DNA from: Azolla caroliniana
Taxonomy: Eukaryota > Plantae > Polypodiophyta
Assembly: GCA_043228905.1 (NCBI GenBank)
Contig: JBHGNT010000020.1
Span: forward strand, 1,054,001 to 1,118,000
Length of the DNA stretch: 64,000 nucleotides
Direction of reading: 5' to 3'
Part shown: one piece after another, positions 56,382 through 64,000 of the stretch
How positions within the stretch are numbered: position 1 is the stretch's first letter
Layout of the letters: every line of letters begins with the position of its first letter
Made by a program: the position numbers and the translations under genes
The notes under the pieces: model-generated
Told to the model about the DNA's origin: nothing
What the model saw: only the letters and a program-made list of their open reading frames with translations
The model's database searches: none

Positions 56382-59300
56382 TGTTACGGGCATGACCATA
56401 GAATATCCCGTGGTGAGAATTTACCGTAGTATTCTATACACGTGGATAAGTGTGAGGGTTAAACGAGAGTGTAAAGAAGGGGAGGATTACTTTTAAATCC
56501 TCGGGATTAAGACAACCCATTAGGCCAAGTGTGAACATGGTTGGGGGCCTTAGGTATCGCTATAAATAGAGGCCTAGCTACCCTCATTTGATTATCTTGT
56601 TGACTAAGTCGAGACTCTGTCTTGTGGTGGGTCAACTCTTGTAGCGAGCGCGCCAGCACCAGGTACAACTCGACGCCACGGCGGTGGTATGGGACGCCGA
56701 TCGAGGCTCGAGTCCGTCTCGATCCCTTTGCTCGGGGGTGGTCGGGTGGATCGGCACCCTTCTTTCTCTCTCTCCTTTCTTTCTATCTACCTAGATCTAT
56801 CCTTATCTAATGCTTACTTTAGTACATGTCTCTAATATTTGGTATCCGAGCCTATGTACTAATGTTTCTTTTGTTGGTCTTATCTTCTCGATGGATGGCG
56901 ATCAATCGTTGTGCGGTTGGCCTTCATGCAGACAAGGATCAACAAAGAACTTCGGTAATCTTTCTTGTTATTTTTTGTCTATTTTTTCTTCTCCCATCTA
57001 ATCATGTGTATGGTTAATATGTAGATTATTTTCATTAATTAAATGATGTTGTAGTGGTATTTAATTGGTTATCTAAAACGATTACATATGTGCACGAGGT
57101 GAATACCTCGTTTGACATATAAATAATATGTGATGAGTATTGTATGCGTATGAGGTTAATACCTCAATTACGTATTACGTTCACGAACATATGTTATGTT
57201 TGCGTATGAGGTCAACACCTCGATTTTGTTGTAAATGATATGCGTTTGGTCTCGTATGCGTAAGAGGTCAATACCTCAATTGCGTATTACGTTGAACCCT
57301 TATTTTTGGATGTCTCGTGTGCGTAGAGGTATATGCCTCGATTACATATCTCGATTACATCATTTTTGGCTATTAAATATAACGATTTCTTTAATATAGG
57401 CATATGTGGTCACGTGTATATGTAGTTGATCGTATATATGTGATAATATACATATGTGTATATAAGTTATTACGTGATTTTAAATTGAATGTTTTCCTTT
57501 TCGGGGAAAGGTTCTTGGTGGCCGTCCTCACATTTTTGTGAGAATCGTGTTGTCACCATCCCTTTTTTCAACAATTTTTTATTGTTGAAATCCCCGTTGG
57601 TGACTTCGATATTTCGTTACGTAAAGAAACGCCAATAGCCATAATGATGTTGAGTATGTAGGGTTTGACCCACTTCATGTGAGGTCGCTCTTATGACACG
57701 CGTATCCAACATCCCTCCCTCATTACATGGATACGATGCCACCATGAGATCATTCTTACGAGAGGCATTTGTAATGACGTGACCATGTGATGAGCCACGT
57801 GGGCCTACTACGAAAAGAGGGCTCATTTGGCTTGACCATTAGGTTGCACTTTGGCGTATGCCATCGTAATTACGAGACTTGAGGTTAGGTAACGTACCAA
57901 CATAGTTGTAGTAAATGAGGGCGAAATAAGGACTCTTGACATATATGTTTCTTTTAAAAAAACATATATGGGCAAATGCCTCGCATATCTCTTATACGCA
58001 TGAAACATTAAACATTCAAGAAGAGCAACCTACTTGGTTGGCTCAAGTGTTTAATGCATTTGTTCTCGAGGTCTCGAGTCCAAATATGACCAAGACCATA
58101 CAACATCGTTGATACATATGATTATAACACATGTTAAGACTTGAGGTCTAAGTTCACTTCGGGGTCCTCATAATAGGACTTAAAGAGCTGAAACCACATA
58201 TGTGGGCACCGAAACATAGTTTATTGTTAACATTTTTTTCGTGTATAAACTATTCATGACGCGAACATACATGGTTGAGCCTCGAGGAGCCACCATGAAA
58301 AAATCGATATAGAGATCAGGGAAAGATATTTATTTGTCACCCCCATTGTTTTTAAAACACCTTTGTGTTACCATAGTAACCTGACCTTGAACCTCATCTC
58401 ATACGTCTAGAGGGGTATTGACGTGAGATAATGATATCGATTAATGTTTGCCCATGATAGGTTTACATCACGACATGATGTTATGACTATCTCTCTAACC
58501 TTATCCTATTTCTTTTCCAAAAATAATCATTTAATGGCTCAAAATAATGACCCGATGTCCTCCGCTCAAGCGGAAGGACCTCAAGGGAATCCTCTTGGAC
58601 AAATGTCCATTGAGATGTATTTTTCGCAAATAACCCAATACCTTAGTTTCACCGCTCAACAGATCACCGAACTTCGGTAATCTCAAAGTGCTCTCGAGGC
58701 ATGTGTCATTAGTCTACAACGTGAGACTAATAGACCTGATGAGCGCCAAGGTGAACCATCGTTTGTCGTTAAGCAATTTACGGGAGACAAAAAGGAAAGA
58801 ACCGAAGAAGCAATTTGCACGTGACTAGGCCGATGGGAGTCTCATTTTGAGCTCTATCCCACGCCAGATAGTACGAAGATTGCATATGTCGGCCGAGAAC
58901 TAGGGGGTAAGGCCGCCGCCTGGTGGCGTGGGCTCCGTACTTTGGGAAAATTGCCCGATACCTGGACAGATTTTGTCACAGTTTTCAAGGGCCAATTTCT
59001 ACAACCTCCCTCTCGAACCGAGGCAGCACAAGCTTTAATGAACCTCTCTAGCAGGAAGTTTTCCTCGCTAGAAGACTATGTTCACCATGCTAGAACCCAA
59101 ATCCAAAAATCGGGTCTAGAAGGGGACAATTGGTTAATAGCTTGTTTTGTCAATGGCATCCCCAATTTGGACTATCACTGGATAGTGCACGATAAGGATC
59201 CAAAATCCTTCGAAGAGGCCGTGGAAATAGTTCTTCGCTATCAACGCACTTCGAAGAAGGACCACAATAAACCCAACGAAGCGCTCGGGACTAAGCAGTC

Positions 59301-62300
59301 GCAATTCGCTGGGAAACGCAAGACACCCAACGAATTCATGGATCGCGATTGTAAGCGACAACATCCTTTTCGTGTATTCTGCAAAAAGAAGGGTCATACA
59401 AAAGATCAATGTTGAAAGCTCCAACGCAAAGAGCACGACAACAAAACTAAACCTCCAGACCATAAAGGTCAGATTCCTAATGTCCTTCAGGTCTATACAC
59501 ATCATTTAAGTAATTGTCAATGTTCTTTCCCTCACTATGTATTGGGTCCCAATGATTTACTACGTGCAAACGGGTATATCAATGGATCTCCCATACAATT
59601 TTTATTTGATTCGGCAAGCTCACACAACTTTGTGAATGATCGTTTGGTTCAGATATGGGGAATCCAACCCACCGTAAGTGATCACACCTATACGGTGCAC
59701 TTGGCTGATGGAAGAGTACAATACATCAACGGGGCGATTCATTCATTAGGAATTTCTATTGACACTTATATAGAGGAAGTAGACTTCCATGTAATGAATC
59801 TTTGTACCACCGATGTAATACTGGGTTATCCCTGGTTTTATAATAAAAACTCTTCTTTATCTATTGATTGGGTTCATCATTCAATTACATTTATACTGAA
59901 CGATTGTACTCATTTTATTCAATGTGTAAAAAAACAATCCCTCTCGATTGTTTCCTCGTGTCCATCAATATCCGAGTTGTCTTGTTCTACTCTATTTTAT
60001 TGTGTACTTGATTCCGACATTCACGTTTACAATATCGATAATGTCTCGGTTCAATTAACATATTTTGAACAACAACAACTTGATGAAATCTTAAATGATT
60101 TTCGTGATGTTTTTCCGAGTGAACTACCAGATGGCTTATCTCCTAAACGTAATATAGACCATCATATAGATATTGTACCTGGTGTTGCACCAATAAGTAT
60201 ACCTCCTTATCGCTTAAGTCGATCCGAAGAGGATGAGGTATCTAAGCAACTCAAGGACTATTTACGAATGGGTTTTATACGTTATAGTAAATCTCCATGG
60301 GGTGCACCAGTTCTCTTGGTTAAAAAGAAAGAGGGCACATGGCGTATGTGTATTAATTACCGACGCTTGAATAAAGTGACGATCAAGAATTCGTATCCAT
60401 TACCCCGGGCTGACGATCTAATTGACCGTCTCCAGGGAGCTCGGTATTTTACGAAACTTTATCTCCGTACTGGCTACCATCAAATTCGTATAAGTGAGGA
60501 CGATGTTCATAAAACAGCATTTCGTACGCGATATGGCCATTATGAGTTTCTGGTTATGCCTTTTGGTTTGACCAATGCTCTAGCTACATTTCAACAAGAA
60601 ATGAATGACATTTTCCGAGAACAACTTGGAAAATTTATCGTTATTTTCTTGGATAATATTTTAGTTTATAGCCGTACATTACAGGAACATGCTAAACATG
60701 TCTGCTTTGTTTTACAAACATTGCGTGACAAACAGTTTTACGCGAAGATCTCAAAATGTGAGTTCTTCAAGAAATCAATTACTTATCTTGGACATCTCAT
60801 AACCGAACGAGGAGTTGAAATTGATCCTTCTCGCATCGAGAAAATCAAGCTTTGGCCCACTCTTCGGAATATTCAAGAAGTTCGATCATTCCTTGGTTTT
60901 GTCAGGTTTTTGCGAAAATCCCTTCGTGATTACTCCCTATTGACGACGTCGTTTACTGATCTTCTAAAAGGTCAAACTCGTAAGTCTACAAAACCTATTG
61001 TGTGGAATGCTACACTAGACCTCGCCTTTAAGGAACTCAAGGACCTGTTTTGCAAGGCTCTTTCACTTCTTTTACCTGATCCTTCAAAACCTTTTGAGGT
61101 TGAAACCGATGCAAGCGATTATGCTATAGGTGTTATCTTATATCAAGATGGTAAACCAATAGCATTCGAGAGTAAGAAACTTGATTCTGCTCAATGTCGG
61201 TATACCGTTCAAGAAAAGGAATTATTTGCAATTATACATGCGCTCAAAACATGGCGCCATTATCTTTATGGAAATCGCTTTGTGGTAACTAAGGACCACG
61301 AGTCCTTAAAATATTTTTGTGACCAACAAGACCTGAAAGATCATAAGGCACAATGGGCTGATCTCCTCCAGGACTTTGATTTTTCCATACGATATCGTAA
61401 AGGTTCCATGAACACTGTCGTTAATGCACTAAGTCGCATCCGTGAAGTTAACATGCTTAGCTTCACTGAAATATCATCAGATCTTTATGATCAGCTTCGA
61501 GGAAAGTATCCTGATGATAGTTATTTCGCAAAATATTGGGCAAGAGTTGAGTCTGGAACAAACACCACCACATCCTCGAAGGAATACTTCCACATTGCTA
61601 ACGGTCTGCTCTACCGTAATGGGAAGGTTTGTGTTCCAGATTTGCCTGAGGTCAAAAAGAGGATTCTTTTTTAATGCCATGATGCACCCTCAGCAGGGCA
61701 TCTTGGAATACATCGTACACTCGTTCTCATCTCCACTCAATTTTATTGGCCTAAGATGCGTCCTGACATACATAGCTATGTGACTAAATGTCACCAATGT
61801 CAGGTTAACAAAGCCGAGCGACTTAAAGCCGCGGGACTTTTACATCCCTTGGACATTCCCAATAATAAGTGGGAAAGTATATCCATGGATTTTATTGTTA
61901 GCCTTCCTCGCACCCAAAAAGGCCATGATGCCATCTAGGTTGTGGTTGATCGACTAACTAAAATGGCCAGATTTAGTGCTACTAAAACCACGGTAACAGC
62001 TCTTGAATTGGCTTACCAATTCGTGGACGAGTTATTTCGTTTTTATGGGTTACTGATGGATATCGTCAGTGATCGAGATCCAAAATTTACAAGTGACTTC
62101 TAGACGCAAGTCTTTAAGAAGTTAGAAACTACGTTGAGCATGAGCTCCACGGATCATCCTCAATCCGATGGACAAACAGAAGGAGTAAATCAAAATTATT
62201 GAGGACATGCTTTGAGCATATGTTGGTGCAAAACCAACAAAATGGGAACGTTATCTCCCAATTTTGGAGTTTGCTTATAACAGCTCCAAGCATACGTCGA

Positions 62301-63368
62301 CGGGATATAGTCCTTTTATGTTGATGTATGATTTTCAGCCACGAACCCCGATTGATGTTAATATACATCATGATGAGTTGCGAAGTACGCAAAACTTTCT
62401 TCGGAATATGCAAGATATGTTGCATATTGCACGAGATAATATAAAAACAGCTCAAGATAGAGCCCGTTTTTATGTCGATCATCATAGGCAACCTCGTGTA
62501 TTCAACCCTGGACAGAAGGTATTTTTACGTGTACCTCACAATTCTAAGACATTGTCTACGGGTAAGTATGCTAAGTTAGCCCCATGGTTTTGTGGACCTT
62601 TTACAGTCCTCAAACGCATTGGGTCATCAGCCTATCGTCTCGCTCTTCCCGATGGTGTTGGAATTCATCCAGTCTTTCATGTGAGTCGTCTAAAAGAACT
62701 TCTAGGTTCTGGCGACAATACAGTTACAACTGAAACAAACCACATGTACCAGAAAGAATTCTCGATGTTAAAACAAAAAAATTACGTACTAAAGAAATCC
62801 GAGAATTTAAAATAAAATGGATGGATAAATCAATAAAAGATGCCACATGGGAACACGAAAATACTCTCAGAACTAACTTCCCTAACTTTCCATGTTTTAA
62901 AGAGGGGGAGTATGTTACGGGCATGACCATTGAATATCCCGTGGTGAGAATTTACCGTAGTATTCTATACACGTGGATAAGTGTGAGGGTTAAACGAGAG
63001 TGTAAAGAAGGGGAGGATTACTTTTAAATCCTCGGGATTGAGACAACTCATTAAGCCAACTATGAACATGGTTGGGGGCCTTGGGTATCTCTATAAATAG
63101 AGGCCTAGCTACCCTCATTTGATTATCTTGTTGACTACATCGAGACTCTGTCTTGTGGTGGGTCAACTCTTGTAGCGAGCGCGCCAGCACCAGGTACGAC
63201 TTGACGCCACGGCGGTGGTATGGGACGCCGATCGAGGTTCGAGTTTGTCTCAATCCCTTCGCTCGAGGGTGGTCAGGTGGATCAGCACCCTTCTTTCTCT
63301 CTCTCCTTTCTTTCTATCTACCTAGATCTATCCTTATCTAATGCTTACTTTAGTACATATCTCTAATA
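56382..63368 (+). mobile_element. Element F: chromovirus-type Gypsy LTR retrotransposon, full-length but degenerate
   Basis: 456-bp LTRs at 56382-56837 and 62913-63368. TSD GCATT/GCATC. PBS TGGTATCCGAGC (56840-56851). PPT AAAGAGGGGGAG. Order is gag, PR, RT, RH, INT, chromodomain. Confidence 0.95.
58534..62910 (+). pseudogene. gag-pol: gag-pol of element F with C-terminal chromodomain
   Basis: Protease [11 protein letters not shown]; [15 protein letters not shown]; RNase H ETDASD; integrase with GPF and HPVFHVSRLK; chromodomain-like PERILDVK...FKIKW...DATWEHE. Multiple stops. Confidence 0.9.
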
Positions 63369-64000
63369 GCATCGTTTGACATGAGGGATGTCGGTGACCT
63401 TCATTCCTTCCTCAGGATCGAAGTGATCCGCACCCCCGAAGGCATACTGATTAGCCAGCGACATTATATGTAAGTATGCTCTTCAAGTTCAGAATGATGG
63501 ATTGTAAATTTGCTGCTACTCCTCTAGATAGGAATGTGGCGTTGCGACATTATATATAAATATGCTCCATTTGGCTCAAGATGCTCCTAAAGGATCTGTG
63601 GATGAAGGTGTCCAACCCGACGATGATCTATTGTGACAACCTCAACAATATCTAGTTGGCGAAAAATCACATTTTCGATGCCCAAACCAAGTACATTGAG
63701 GTGCATTACCATTTTGTCCGTGATTGTGTCCTCTCCGGTGAAGTCGAATTGGTGTATGTTGCGATGGATCGGCAGGCGGCCAATGTATTCACCAAACCCT
63801 TAGGTCTTGACAAGTTGCGGCAATTCTCAGGCATGCTTGGACTGCAGCACCGTGATGTGCCAAACTTGAGGGGGAGGACTGAAACATGAGAGATGGTCAA
63901 AACCTGTGGCAAGCTGAAAAAGAAGATGTCTGGAAAGCGGAATTGGATACCGAACTTGATTTCGGTCCAACTAAAGAAGTCAAAGTGTTCGGGTCGGCTG

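Larger units (their letters stand above)
53245..64000 (+). mobile_element. Degenerate Copia (LTR part, PBS 53632-53643, gag-PR-INT, partly deleted RT, RNase H to 63889), interrupted by element F; runs off window end
   Basis: TGGTATCAGAGC PBS; protease WYVH(D)SGASNHM; integrase FIDDFSR..LRSDGGKEY; RT FDMRDVGDL resumes after 63373; RNase H KYIEVHYHFVRD. Many stops. The left boundary is uncertain. Confidence 0.88.

Noticed and set aside
56831-63373. Both LTRs of element F end in TA rather than CA, and the TSD has one mismatch
   Set aside because: Most simply explained by C-to-T decay in methylated DNA, as also seen at 37090 and, as G-to-A, at 1999; not treated as a novel end chemistry.

Overview
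This is eukaryotic heterochromatin-type DNA, probably from a land plant (the TE families look bryophyte-like, which is an inference). It is almost entirely nested transposable elements and tandem repeats, and I found no intact host protein-coding gene. Contents: (1) a 16.6-kb non-chromovirus Gypsy (1998-18565) hosting a near-intact tRNA-Trp-primed Gypsy (6671-13744) and a collapsed LTR element (14633-16125); (2) a ~1-kb-unit satellite built from tRNA-Asn (24810-35860), carrying a young intact Copia with apparently identical LTRs (29786-35115); (3) solo LTRs, degenerate Copia elements, a self-priming Tcn1-like Gypsy and a chromovirus; (4) a TGS1 exon fragment. The standout is a 7.8-kb cut-and-paste DNA transposon (44936-52769; 37-bp TIRs, 4-bp TSD confirmed by an empty paralogous site in the window). 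It encodes a Sola-like DDD transposase with a C-terminal BAH-like module. It also encodes a divergently transcribed six-exon gene for a ParB/Srx-like domain fused to a beta-class (N6A/N4C-type) DNA amino-methyltransferase. Both genes are inactivated in this copy by simple lesions. Boundaries were read by eye and family assignments need database confirmation.
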